DNA of 64,000 nucleotides, taken from Diplonema japonicum (Eukaryota > Protista > Euglenozoa: Diplonemea). A model generated the notes under the pieces. The model saw only the letters and a program-made list of their open reading frames with translations. It made no database searches and was not told the origin of the DNA. Positions within the stretch are counted from its first letter, which is position 1. Each line of letters starts with the position of its first letter. The stretch lies in assembly GCA_964019335.1 (NCBI GenBank), contig OZ025723.1, positions 402,626 through 466,625 of the forward strand, read 5' to 3'. Below are positions 36,086 through 48,621 of the stretch, piece after piece. Position numbers and translations under genes: made by a program.

Positions 36086-37447
36086 ATGAGCACATCCGAA
36101 GATGACCATGATGAGGATGCCCCGCTTGTCGCAGGGGGCATCGAGGCCATCGAGAGCCAGGACGAAGAAGAGATTATTCAAAAAGAAGGACTCTTGCAGG
36201 TAGCCGAAGACCTCAGACAAGATTGGCGGCTGCTGCTGAGTTTATGTTGCGTCGGGTTTTTTATCAACTGCCAACCGTCGGAGCCTTACCTCAGTAAGTA
36301 TTTGACGGATGAGAAGAACGTGACCGAGACACAGCAAGAGTGTTGTGTGTGGCCTTATGATACTTACGGGTCTTTTGTGTTCCTGCTGCCTCTAGGAGTA
36401 GCTACTGAGATATGGGGGTATAGAGCAGTGATATTGTTCGGGTTGTTGTGCAGGCAGGCAACACGAGTCATCCTGTTATACGGCAATGGTCTCACGATGA
36501 TGGCGACAATGCAGGTAACCTATGCAGCAGCAACGGGTGTCAACACTGTGTACTACGCATATGCCTTCATCGCATGCCCTGCGCGAATTGCGCCCCTTGC
36601 AGTGTCCCTTATCAACGGATCCTACCACTTAGGGAACGTGCTGGGCTCCTTGCTCTCAGAGTGGCTCGTGGACATCATGCCCTTGCGGAACTTATTCTAT
36701 GTGTCGTGGGGGTTTACATCTATAGGGTGCCTGCTCTTCCTGACAGTCTTCCCAGCTCCTATGAAAGACTTCAAGAAGCCTGAATCAGTTTTCTCAATGT
36801 TGCGGCATGAAGGAACCTCAGCTGTGCTGAAGGAACTCCAGATGCTTTACAGCAGCAGGCCCGTGCGTCTGTGGAGTATGTGGTGGGTGCTGGGCTACGG
36901 CGCCTTCAACATCGTCGGGAATTATTACCAGAATCAGTTTTTTGACCTTAGCCCTGACGGGGATTTTGGTTATGCTGAGGCAGGCATCGAAGCCAGTCTA
37001 GCACTAGGAGCTTTTTTGCCGGCTGTGTCTCCGAGGGATACGAGGCAGAAAGGCCCTCTGTTGCTTTTGGTTGGCAGTGCTGTGATAGGCGTCGCGTTGC
37101 TAGTTGCGACAAAGGCAACAGTGCTGTATCAAGCAGTGCTGATCATGTGTCTTGTAAACGGAGTGTTCGCGATGCACCAGTCAGCTGCCGAGATTAATAT
37201 ATCACACACTATATCGAAGTCCAGGCGGTACGCTTTCGTATTCACTAGCAACTCATTTGTTGGCCTAGGCCTGGCTGTTGTCATTCAGAAAACCCTTTCG
37301 CACCTTCATGCTAACACTGACAAATACTACTACGTGTGCTCCGCAGAAACGTTCTGCGTTGCCTTTTTCACTGTCATCTACGCTACACTGTACGCTAAAC
37401 CTTGCCGCAACATCACCCCAGACAACCTCACCGACAACGACCTTTAA
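36086..37447 (+). CDS. SLC19 family (reduced folate/thiamine) transporter
   Basis: LCCVGFFINCQPSEPYLSKYL..VWPYDTY..YRAVI matches the RFC/THTR N-terminus; many TM segments; WSMWW motif. Confidence 0.85.
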   Translation: MSTSEDDHDEDAPLVAGGIEAIESQDEEEIIQKEGLLQVAEDLRQDWRLLLSLCCVGFFINCQPSEPYLSKYLTDEKNVTETQQECCVWPYDTYGSFVFLLPLGVATEIWGYRAVILFGLLCRQATRVILLYGNGLTMMATMQVTYAAATGVNTVYYAYAFIACPARIAPLAVSLINGSYHLGNVLGSLLSEWLVDIMPLRNLFYVSWGFTSIGCLLFLTVFPAPMKDFKKPESVFSMLRHEGTSAVLKELQMLYSSRPVRLWSMWWVLGYGAFNIVGNYYQNQFFDLSPDGDFGYAEAGIEASLALGAFLPAVSPRDTRQKGPLLLLVGSAVIGVALLVATKATVLYQAVLIMCLVNGVFAMHQSAAEINISHTISKSRRYAFVFTSNSFVGLGLAVVIQKTLSHLHANTDKYYYVCSAETFCVAFFTVIYATLYAKPCRNITPDNLTDNDL

Positions 37448-37576
37448 GCTTTAATGCTCTGTCCGCACGACACTCGTGCGGCATTATATTTCATTTCCCC
37501 CTCTGCACTCTCACAAGCCTTATCACAGCTAAGTACACTACGATACACACTCACATTAATTAGCAAGGTTGCTTCG

Positions 37577-38501
37577 ATGGGGGTATGTGCCACACTACTC
37601 TTTACCTTTCCTAGGACCAGGACGGCAATCTCGCGGACAAGATCCTGAAGCAGGTTGAGTATTATTTTGGTCCTCAGAACCTTCCGAAAGATGCCTTTTT
37701 GCATTCTAAAATGAACGCCAACTTGGAGGTATGTTGTTTGCTTCTATCTGACCCACACAGGTGCCGCTTGACATCATAGCTGGATTTAGAAAACTGACGC
37801 AGCTCACGACGGATAGGTCTGTACTGATCGGCGCTCTGAAGGGTTCCGAGGTTCTGGAGGTGAGGGGTGACAAGGACCACGAGGTGGTCGCCAACAAATA
37901 CGTGGTGGTGGAGCATGGCAAGCTGCTCGTAGATGCGAAGGGGGGGATTGACGAGGTGCAGGGATTGGTTAAGGACCTTGCAGTTTGCGACGTGAACCCG
38001 GATGGCACCTCGTTCCTTGTCAGTTTGGAGGACAACACGAGTGAGGCCACGACAAACGCCATGGAGGTACTGGAGGGACACCGCGTGAGGAGGGTCATCT
38101 CATACACGAGGGAAGAAGACGAAGCGCTTCGAAGCCAGCCAAACAAGACGAATAAGGTCAAGAGAGTACATAAGTTCTCGCCTGCCCTCAGACCGCTTTT
38201 GGTGGGCAAGGGTGGGTCGAACATAAGAAAGCTCCAGGAACAGTTCCCCTCCCTCAGCATCGACACCAGGTACGACGACACGTGCATCGAGATTACAGCT
38301 GCCTCCGATGAGGTCGTCAACAGCGTCATCAAGGAGATCGAGAAGTACCAGCATACCGATGAGGACGACGAGGCCGTATCGCCGCAGAGCGCGAAGCAGG
38401 AGATGGTGCAGCGGATCCACCAGCAGCAGCAATTACACCAACAGCAATTGCACCAGCAGCAGCTCCAGCAGCAAATAATGATGCAGAAATACCTCCAGCA
38501 C

Positions 38502-38545
<44 letters not shown>

Positions 38546-39426
38546 GCAGGCTGCTTTGCTCCATGCACTCATGCAACAGCAGCAGCAGCAGCAACAGCAG
38601 CAGCAGATGCTCAACATGCAGTCTCTGCCGATGCCCAGGATGTCGATGGGGTTGCCCGACTTCCACCAGCCACCTTCCATCGACAAAGACGGGAAGTACA
38701 TCAAGGAATTCAAGCTGCCTGCCACGAGGGCGGCGACCCTCACTGGGAAGAGGGGTGCACAGAAGGCCAAGGTCGAGCAGATGTATCCATCACTCTCCAT
38801 CAGAGTGACACCCATGGAACACGACGGCATTGTTAAGGTATCGCTGAGCGCCAACGATGCCTTCACGGTGATGCAGGCTGCTGCGTACATTATGCACACA
38901 TTTGGGGGACACAAATCCCCGGAGAGCCCGAACACCATCCCTTCAGGTATGCATGGGGCGTCTTTACAGACCGTGCAGGTTCCCCGAACATGATGTCCAA
39001 GGGTCAGGCAAAGTTGCCTGGTATGCAGGGTATCAACCTCCCGATGCCAGGTGGCGTGCCGTCGCCGCCGCCGCCCAACCCGAACACTCCGATCAACATC
39101 CCACTTGGAGGGCCGTTAAACATGATGCCGGGGCAAGGTGCACCCATGCAGGGCATGAACAGCGGTTTGAACATCCCTGGAGGTGTTCAAAGCATGCCAG
39201 GGCACATGCCAGGTTCTATGCCAGGCAACATGCCTGGTGTCATGCCTCAACCGTTGATGTCGAACACACCGCCCAATATGCAGCTTCATGGCCGCATGAA
39301 GGCACCGCATGCTGATATCTACGGCAACAGGTATATGCTAAACAAGGCATTACAATATACTGCAGGTCCCCGAAGCAACCTGGTTTGGGAGACATCCTGA
39401 ACAACTCCTCGTTCCCTGTAATGTGA
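37577..39426 (+). CDS. La-motif protein with two KH domains and polyQ
   Basis: Introns 37583-37614, 37729-37760, 38947-38978 and 39331-39365. Spliced N-terminus ILKQVEYYFGPQNLPKDAFL..VPLDIIAGFRKLTQLTTD is a La motif; KH GxxG loops LVGKGGSNIRKL and LTGKRGAQ. Confidence 0.85.
38421..38606 (+). repeat. CAG/CAA polyglutamine tracts inside the La/KH gene
   Basis: Directly visible (CAG)n/(CAA) runs. Confidence 0.9.
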
Positions 39427-39945
39427 GTGTCGGCGCTGTGCAGGGCTTGTTTGCGTCTCCGTACATTCTTGGGTCTTTGCTTTTAGTTTTCTTGTCGATG
39501 TGCGGGGGGAGGGGGATTTTTTTCTTCTTTCTTTTATTTGGAAACGCCCTGTTCATTGTGCGATAAGTTTATCCTAAAGGTGGTCGGTGGGTAGCATCCT
39601 TCGCGATGGGAGTTCACAAGGCGGAGCCCCACAGCAGGCTGTGACCTTCTAGTAATGTTCATTATGGTTATGTTAAGTGATGTCCACAAAGGGCAAGACT
39701 CACCTGTGAGTGGTGGGGCTGGGACACATGGAGAATTGCATTTGCGCAAAACTACTCTGGTTGGAAAAGGGGGAAGAGAAAAAAAAGGGGGGGGGTGGGA
39801 AATAACGTACACTGAGTCTCTCTCTGCTTTTTTTTTATCCCCCCTTTTTTTTGTGTTCTATTTATTTTTTATTTCCCTCCCACCCACCCCCCAGTGAATT
39901 TTTTTCTTTTCTTCTACTTCGGGGCAGAATGCAAAATCTCAATAA

Positions 39946-40637
39946 CCCCTAAACGCCCGGAGCCTATCTACGGTTTTCGTTGTTGCTTTGAATACTCAAA
40001 AAAAGGGCAGCATGCAACCATAGGAAGGTGCAAGGAAAGGGTAAACGGTACTAAAATTTTCAATTCCAGGTGCCAGATTCAGATGAGAACACTTAACTTT
40101 GTGTGTAAGAGGGGGGTTGAGGGGGTACTTTTTATGTCCGATTTTGGGGGGTCTTGTCGTGGGGTCCGTGGAGTTATGGCTGGGGTAAATAGGGCAGCAT
40201 TCAGCCCTATTTGGTGCCCTGAACTCTAGGATTGAGGTCAGTCTGGAGACTTTTTGGGGCTGTGGGATGAAAAAAGCAACTTGTAAGTTTTTTTCCAGCT
40301 GAACAGCACAGAGCACCCTCCTCACCTTCGTTCCGTTCATCATGGTCTCGGAGGTGTGATTTAGGGTCAAATCGAGACGTTTTGCGTATTTCTGAGTGAG
40401 GGAATCCTCATTGCTAGCGTGTTTGCGCTTGGGGGTCGGTGACGGTGTTGTCGGGGTGTGTGTTATCGGCTTTGGGGCATGGGTGAGAAGCTTTCCAACA
40501 AGTTCTTCTTTGAAGCTCGGGAAGCCATAATTTTTGCCCCATATTTTGAAGTCCAGGGGCCGTGTTCAAAAAAAAGTACTTAGCGAAAAAGCAAATTTTG
40601 AAATAAGGACAAAAACGTCCGCGCGGGCGTTTAGGGG
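39946..40637 (-). mobile_element. piggyBac-like non-autonomous deletion derivative
   Basis: Perfect 14-bp TIRs CCCCTAAACGCCCG (39946-39959) / CGGGCGTTTAGGGG (40624-40637), ATAA on both flanks. Minus-strand open frame SFKEELVGKLL..KRLDLTLNH..RRVLCAV resembles a piggyBac transposase C-terminus. Confidence 0.65.
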
Positions 40638-42325
40638 ATAAGGTAGTTTAAGCTTGACCCTAGAAACCCAGCTCAAAAGAAAAAAAGGGGGAAATGAGCG
40701 TTTTGCGTCAGAAGATTCCCCTTTGTTCTACACCTTGCGTATGAGAAAAGTTTTTGTTTTTCCTGGGTTTACTAATAACAAGAGTTAAAAAGTGCCTGAG
40801 AATTTAAAAAAAAAAAAAGAAGACTTGCATTTTTATTCTTTCAAGATGGCATATGACATGGGTTTTTTTTCCGGGGTTGAGTTGGAAATGTGGAGAGGAG
40901 GGAAAATAAGCTTACAAACTACTCCATTTGTTCTCCCGTTCTTTTATCCCCCCCCCCTCCCGTTGTGCCGTCGTACCTATATAAGTGGAAAAAACCTTTG
41001 ACGGCTCCTTAGGCCAGCTTTTTTTTTATATGAGGTTTATTTTTTTTTCTTCATGAGTCACCGATTCGTCACGCCTTGTTTCTTCGCATTAAGGACAGGA
41101 CGCGGAATGCAGAAGAGGCTACAGACAGCGCTTGTGCAGGGCGCCGCCAACACTGGCCTCATTTTATCTCTTATATTTCTTCTTCATATCTCTTTGGTTT
41201 TTACCAAATAAAAAAAAAGAGAAGAGATGAGAAGGAAAAGCGCGGTTTTGGAAAGAAAGAGAAGAGGTGTCCTCCCAAGGGGAAAAAAAAAAGGGAAAAA
41301 AAAGATTTTTTTTTTTTTTAGATGTAAAAGTACAAACAATAGCTCTTCACCTCCTATCTCCCTTTGCTTCCCATCCCCTTTTTTTTTTATATTTTTTTTT
41401 CTTCCTCCCTCACCCGATTTCCCAACCTTTGATGTTTTTTTTATTTTTATTTTTGCTTTTAAGGAAATTGCTTCGTGAACAATCGAAAACTTTGCGAAGC
41501 ATTCTTTTTTTTTTTCTTCCTGTTAAACAATTGGGCCAAGGGCGGGGGGAAGAATAAAAAGAAGGGAAAAAAAAAAAAAAAAACCAAACAAACAACAAAG
41601 AAAATTTAATTTAAAAAAAGAAAATAACTTCGACTGATTTGTGTTACCGAGTTTATGTTGAACATGCTTACGTGCAGGGGTTTAGACTTTGAATCTCTTT
41701 TTCCTTTTGGCCGCCCTTCGGTCCTGAGGCAATCCGAACATTATCACAGGGGAGGACCGATGTGGTTTACTTTCCTCTTTTTTGCTTTGAACAAAGAAGA
41801 ACCGATTGTAAAATGAGTTACTGCCGACTTTTGCACATGGGAAAAAAAAAAAAAAAAAAAGAAAAAAAGGGAAATCACCAACCCTTTTTATTTTAACGAC
41901 ATGATGATTTCTTTTTTTGGGGGATGCGTTGGTTCATTCGCCAAAATAAGTAATGGATTTAATGCGCTCAAGAGGGGGGGGGAGAGGGGGGGGGGAGAAA
42001 AAGATCTCTGAGGTCGTGAAGGCATCGAATGAATTACTTTTTTCCAAGACTTACATTCATTAAAGGCGTGGTGATTTTATTATTATTTGCACGTTTTCTC
42101 AGTTTTTTTACCTCTTGAAGTATTGAGAGCCAGGTGCAAGAAGAAAGAAGGGGGGGGGGGGGGGAGCAGAACGAAAAGAAAAAAAAGGAAAAGAAGAAAC
42201 AAAGAGTTTTTTTTTATCTTCACCCACAGTCTCACTCGTGCTATTTTTTTTTTTTTACTATCGCCTCCCATCTTTTTTTCAAATCACACCTCTTTTCAGG
42301 GTTAACATGGTAGAGGGCACAGCAC

Positions 42326-43703
42326 ATGCAAACCACTGATGACCAAACACTTCAGACACTCAGAGCACTCAAGCAAAGCGGGGCTCTGAGGGCAAAGGAT
42401 GGTAACGGTACCCCTTTGAAACTAAACCCCCAGGTGTGAGCCTTCACTAGCTTCATGTCAACATCACCACAGATAGCTTCGGATTTATTGAATGCCGAGA
42501 AGCTCTCTATCACCAATGGGGCTTCGGTATGTACTGAGTGCCTTGACAACAACACAACAACAACAACAGCTGGGCAGCAACCCGTTAGATGTCAAGCGCC
42601 GGCACAGCCCTCTCCCCGTCCTGAAGAAGGAGCCTGAGAAGCAGCACCGCTCGAACAGCATTGACCTCTATGCCACGGATGAGCTTATCAAAAAGCTCGC
42701 ACGGGATTGCGAAGCCTTCAACCAAAACCTAGTGACGAACTTCAACACTGCAAAGGAGAACATACAAAAGGACTTCCTTGAGCTCTTCAAGACGACCAGC
42801 CGTGAGAAGCTCCCCGACAGCTTCCTGCGGTCCTTACCCAAGTGGGGCAAGGGGGCTACTAAGCTACACCAAGTCTTCAACAAGTCCATGCACCGCAAGA
42901 AGACTGACTCATCCGTCGACCAAAAGGAAGTCCCCTTCGAGCTCGTGATACAGCCCGAGATCCTAGAGGAGGTGGACCAGGACATCCAACGCCTTATTGA
43001 TAACGAGCTGCAGCTGTGCATAGGGGAGAACGGCGTCATCATCACTGACATGCAACGTATCTTGGTGAAGGTCACCGTTGTGATGGAGAGACTGAAGCAG
43101 CTTGAAGAGAAGCTTGAGAAAGAAGAAACTGAATGCAGGATGCTGCAGGAGAGGCTGCACGACGAGGCTGCCTTGAACAAGGAGCTGACGGAGAAGATAG
43201 ACGTATTGCATACTGAGGCAAAAGATAAAGAGCTGCAGATGGATATCTTACGGGACCAAGTGCAACGGGAGAGAGAACATGGCAGGAACAAGAAGTCGGA
43301 GTTCGTGAGAGAGATCTGCAGGTACAAAGCACAGCTCCTGCTTGCCACAAACAGCGACGACCAGCATGACAGGTTCTCGTCACCCAGGAGGCGCGACAGC
43401 CAGAATGAGAAAGGCGATGACCTTGGATACGCCTTGGGGCCCGATCAGGGTGAAGTGCAGCAGCTTGTGGAACACAGAGAAAAAGAGTTGAGAACAGAAT
43501 TTCAAGAACAGATAAAAGCACTCAAAGCACAGCACCTTGAACAGATGAAGCAAGTACAGCAGCAGAAGAAAATAGCTTGCGATGAACGCGAGGAGAGCAA
43601 TGCGCAGCTGCACAAGCGCATCAAGAAGTTGGAGTTTGAGCTTGTCGAAGAGAAGAGGAAGATGCGGAGGTTCTTGAGCTCCATCGAGAAGGACCAGGAG
43701 TGA
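42326..43703 (+). CDS. Coiled-coil protein (3' end may continue by splicing)
   Basis: Introns 42434-42472 and 42527-42569 join MQTTDDQ.. to ORF 42492..43703. Confidence 0.65.
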
Positions 43704-44379
43704 TGTCCTCGGCTTTATGTGAATATTCCTTTGTTGCTGTCCTACCAACATAGCAGCACTTAAGGTTACACATATGCTCGTAGAGATGAGAAAGAAGGCG
43801 AAGTGCGCAGCTGGGAAAAAGAGTTGAAGCAGAGCTTCTTGAGGTGGACGACGGCCAGCCACAGCGCATGATTCGAAGGAACAGGAAAATGCTGTCTTGG
43901 ATAAAGAAAGAAGAAGTTTAATCTGAATACTCCTTTCCAGTCCTGTCAGTGTCATAATGCACTTGAATAACGTGCCGCTGTCAACTAACATAGACCCAAG
44001 GTTACACATATGCCACTAGTAGAGGGTGCCTACAGAGGTGAGCCTTCGATGGCCTCGTATGTCTTGAGCTTGTATTTACATTAATAAAAGGTTATTCGGC
44101 CACCAACCCGCAGCAGCGCCACCCCCTCCGCCTGCTCAAACAGCCCGCCCTGTAGTAAGCCAGCGGCCTTCGCCGCGGGATAGCACTCAAATGTGGCCGC
44201 CTGCCTCGGGGTACAACAGAAGGCGCTACACTGCCACAAACAGAAATTCCTGGACGATCTCAGGACTGTCGAAGGCGGAGGTGAGTCAAATCATTACTTC
44301 TTGATGAACATGTTTACACATGATATAGATATTCTCGATCCAAGTGGACCATTAGAGACATCCTAGGACTCTACTGAAA

Positions 44380-45368
44380 ATGGCAGACCGCGAGATAAGC
44401 ATAGTACACGAGATGGTATGCACCACCACAACCACCACCATCACCACAGGGGTCGCGTATTAAGGCCGATAAGCTAGATATCGGTGCGTACGGTGAGCAA
44501 GGGCAAGCGTACTTCAGGTATGACCTTGTTGCGAAGAAGCACCGCCAACAGGATGGGCGAGTACCAAGCGGCGGACGATGTGTTCAGCTCTGCTATCAAA
44601 GAGGCCGAGGAAGCAGTTAAGATGTTAAAGAGGTGGAAGAGGAAATGCGAGACCCATCTCACTACAAGCAATGTTGTTGTGAAAGAGGAACGAAAGGCAG
44701 AGCAGGAAGCTCAGGTGGCAGCACAGCCGCCGGTTGAGAAGGCCGACACGGCATCGACATCGACATCGACGGTGCCAAACGTGAGAGTGGATTGGTTCCA
44801 GACACAGACTAGTGTGACTGTGAATTTGTTTATCCACTCCTCGCAGCAGATCAAGGGGTCTACTTCACATGCTGAGGTGGACATTAGTGAGAACGGTGCC
44901 TCGGCGAAGGTGACGCTTAAGTCAGGGGACACGTTTACTTGGTCGGCACAGCCGTTGTTCAGCTCCATAGACGTGGCTACCTCTTCGTACTCTGTGAAGC
45001 ACATGAAGGTGGAGATTGTTTTGGCTAAGAAGATGCAAGGCCTGCAGTGGGACGCTCTTGTCGGTGAGAAGAAGCCCTTCCCAGAGGCACCAGGTGCCTA
45101 CCCCACATCCAATACGAAGCAGAAGGATTGGACCAAGTACACAGTAGTCGATGAGGAAGAGGAGGTGAAGCCAGAGGGCAACGATGCCCTAAACAAGCTG
45201 TTTCGGGACATCTATTCCAAAGGTGACCAGGCCACACAAATGGCAATGAACAAGTCCTTCCAGGAGAGCAATGGGACAGTGCTGTCTACAAACTGGAAAG
45301 AAGTGGGTGAAAAGAAGGTAGTAGGCCAACCGCCAGCAGGCATGGAAGAGAAGAAATGGAATGAGTAG
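44380..45368 (+). CDS. SGT1: SGT1 co-chaperone (TPR-CS-SGS)
   Basis: Introns 44416-44449 and 44518-44551; CS domain RVDWFQT..V; SGS motif ALNKLFRDIY..AMNKSFQESNGTVLSTNW.EVG..PP.GME.KKW. Confidence 0.93.
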
Positions 45369-45958
45369 AGCAGCATAGATTTTTGTTTTTCTGTTTTCTT
45401 ATATTTTTTTTTGGTCGTTTTCTATGGATTTCGTTGCACTTCACCCCCGAGGACAGGGAATGTGAAGTAATTCAGGCTGTCGTGAAATGAAACAACTTTC
45501 TACCTGCCAAAGGTATAAGAAAAAAACCCCTCTAATTGATGCGACGGTTAAAAACATCATCAGGAAGTTGCAAAATTATTCCTTAGTTTCATTAACAAAA
45601 TGCTTTTTTTTTGGGGGGTTCACTTATTTCCCATCATAGTTATTATTTTTTAGAGCACGTCGGTACTTCCATCTTTGCCAGATGTACGCGGGGTCGCTGG
45701 ACAGGCTGAAGGAAAGGGTAGTCCTCAAGTGGGATATGCAGAGAAAAGAAGTTGCTCAAAAAGTTTTTTAGAGGCCACTAAAGATATTTCTCCCCCCCCC
45801 TTTTTTTTGGTTTCCTAAAACTCTTTAATTTTTTTTTTAAAAGAAAATGCAATAAAACTGCCCTAACTATTTTTATTTTTGTCTTACTTTTTCCTGTTCG
45901 CAACAGTGTCGCAACATACCCCCCACCAGTTATCTTTAAAAAAAAAAAAGAAGTTATT

Positions 45959-46846
45959 ATGGAGAACGTGCAGCATGTTGTGGCGACGCTCAGCGAGAAG
46001 GTGGAGTATGTGAGGGAAAACATGGACTGGGATAGTTTTACTGAGGATGTCAAGTATGTTTTTTTTTTTTTTTTTTAAAATAAAATATACAATAAAAATA
46101 CAATCAGGAATGACCCTATTGTGTACCTTAGTGTGATGTTCTTGGTGTCGAAGTTGGTCGTGAGGCGTATTCCCGAGAACATCCGGAAGAGCGTGCTGAA
46201 CCCGTTCCTGAAGCTTTACAACTTCGGGATGGTTGTGTTTTCCTTTGGGTGTTTCCTGGCAATGGCGAAATCTCTCTCGGAGATGACACTCTACACCAAC
46301 GACTGCAATATGGCCTTCAACCACGACCTTTTCAAGCTCACCTCTAAGCTGTTCTACTTGAGCAAGTTCGTGGAGTACATCGACAGCTGGTCCCTCGCCA
46401 TGGCGGGGAAGCCAGTGTCATTCCTGCAAAGCTTCCACCACTTCGGCGCGCCGTGGGACATGTTCCTCTTTTACTACGCCAAGAACGAGGCTGTTTGGAT
46501 TTTCGTGCTTTTGAACTCAGTTGTACACACTGTTATGTACTTCTACTATCTCATGACTTTGTGCAAAATTAGGTTCCCCGGTAAGGTTTTGATCACTATT
46601 ATGCAGATCACCCAGTTCAATGTATGATATTAAAAAAAAGTTTAAAAAAAAAAAAAAAAAAAAAAAAAGGTTGGTTTCTACCTTGTGTGGTGGTACAAGG
46701 ATGTTGAGTGCTACGCGAACTCCCCCATCAGGATGTTCGGGTGGGTGTTCAACTACATCTATGTTGGTGTCGTTCTCCTTCTGTTCCTTAACTTCTCCAT
46801 TTGGACGTACGTGTTCCCCAAGAAAAGCAAGACTAAGAAGGAGTAG
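45959..46846 (+). CDS. ELO fatty-acid elongase, delta-9 type (QxxHH box)
   Basis: Introns 46054-46107 and 46622-46669; FYLSKFVEYIDS, LQSFHHFGA, NSVVHTVMYFYY, MQITQF; ER-retrieval-like KKE end. Confidence 0.88.
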
Positions 46847-47641
46847 AGAACTTATTCCCCCTTCATTCCTTTCTATTTCTTTTCCCCCCCTTTTTTTTTA
46901 TTCTTCCCAATTTTCTTTTTTTTTTTTTGCGTTCTCCTCCTTTTTTATTTCCGGTTTTTTTTTGATCACGTTTTTTGTTCAGTAGCGGTGTTGTACTTTA
47001 TCCCCTATTATCAGGTTATTCAGCATGCTTTGCAAAAAAAAAAAAAAAAAAAAAAAAAAAGAATTTTTTAGTTTTTTTTTTTTTCTCCCTTAGATTTTTT
47101 TTTTCTTGAAGAGATGAAACGAGAGAAAAAAGGGAGGTGTCTTTGTAAGAAAGCCACCCTTTTATTTTTTCCTTGTCTCTTTTTCCTTCTTTTTCTTCCG
47201 GACTCTCATTACATACTCCGGAAAAAAAAATACAAAGAAAAAAAAAGGAATAAAGAAAACAGAAAAAAAAAAAAAAAGAAAAGAAAAACACACAAAAAAG
47301 TATAAAGAAAACAAAAAGCACATTCGTAGTACCCCAAGATCCTCCTCCGCTCGTTAAAACCAATAATACTGTGACAGCAAAATTATTATTTTTTATTTAT
47401 TTACCTGCCAGTTGTTTAATGGGGGGAAGAAGAAAAAAACAAAAAAAAGATAGAATTACCTTTTTTCCCTGTTTTTTTTTTTTCCTCCCAGTTTCTCTCC
47501 TCTCACCAATTTCGGTTCTTTTTTTTATTTATTTCTTATTTTTTTTTTTTTTTTTTTTTTTTTTACATTTTATTTTTTTTTATGACACCCTTCCCATTTT
47601 TTTAAAATTTAAAAACACCACCACAAAGGAACAGGGTGAAC

Positions 47642-48566
47642 ATGCCTTACGGCCAGCTGGTGTTTGGACATCCAGGGTCAGGCAAAACCACCTACTGCAA
47701 TGGATTGCGCGAGTATTTGAGAGGAATCGGGAGGAGGGTATCTATTTACTTTTTTTTTTTGTTCTTTGTTTAAATGGTGTTTTGACCCACAGGCACTGAT
47801 AGTCAATTTAGACCCTGCTAATGACGCACTGCCATATGAGGCAGCGGTAGATGTACGAGATTTGATCGATCATGAAGTAGCGATGAAAGAAGAGGGGCTA
47901 GGTCCTAACGGAGCATTTCTGTTTTGTTTAGAATACCTGAAGAACAATCAAGATTGGCTGCAAGAAGAGCTAGAGAGGGAAGGAGGCGATGCATATTTGC
48001 TGTTTGACTGCCCTGGGCAGATCGAACTGTACACCAACCACGACGCTTTCAAGTCGCTTGTTGAATGGATGCAGAAGTCGGCCAATGTGCGGCTGTGCGC
48101 AGTGCACCTAGTCGACTCTTTGTACTGCAGGAGTGGGCCGCATTTCATTTCAGCGCTCCTTGTGTCACTCAGTTCCATGCTGCAGCTTGAGCTCCCACAT
48201 GTCAACGTCTTGACAAAGATCGACCTTCTTAAGAACTACGAACTCGATTTCGGGTTAGACTTTTATACTGAAGTGCAGGATCTGACACATCTCACAACAT
48301 GCATGAGCACTGATCCTCAGATGCCGAAGCGCTTCACATCGCTCAACAACGCCCTCATACAGCTCGTGGAAGACTACCCTCATGTTGCCTTCCTCACACT
48401 CGACATCGAGGACAAGGACGCTGTGAAGGAGCTTATGACAGAAATCGACAAGGCAAACGGTTACGCTTTCACACCCATGCAGGGCCACAAGAATTCTGTG
48501 TCCCAGCTTGCATCATCTGCGGCATCAACGCTGCAGACAGACTATCTTGATAGGTTTTATAACTGA
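47642..48566 (+). CDS. GPN2: GPN-loop GTPase 2
   Basis: Exon 1 [17 protein letters not shown], intron 47738-47792, then [35 protein letters not shown]. Confidence 0.85.
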
Positions 48567-48621
48567 CCAGTCGTTTCTCTTCCACCTTTGCACCCCTTCA
48601 CACCATTGCAGGGCATACGAC

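Noticed and set aside
37706-38938. Long minus-strand ORFs (e.g. poly-Cys 410 aa; also 60729..62042)
   Set aside because: They are antisense shadows of well-supported plus-strand genes.
30957-42305. TTAACCCTCAAAA / TTTTCAGGGTTAA as ends of an 11-kb piggyBac
   Set aside because: The match is short, imperfect and low-complexity, encloses only host genes, and the right copy coincides with a probable splice acceptor.
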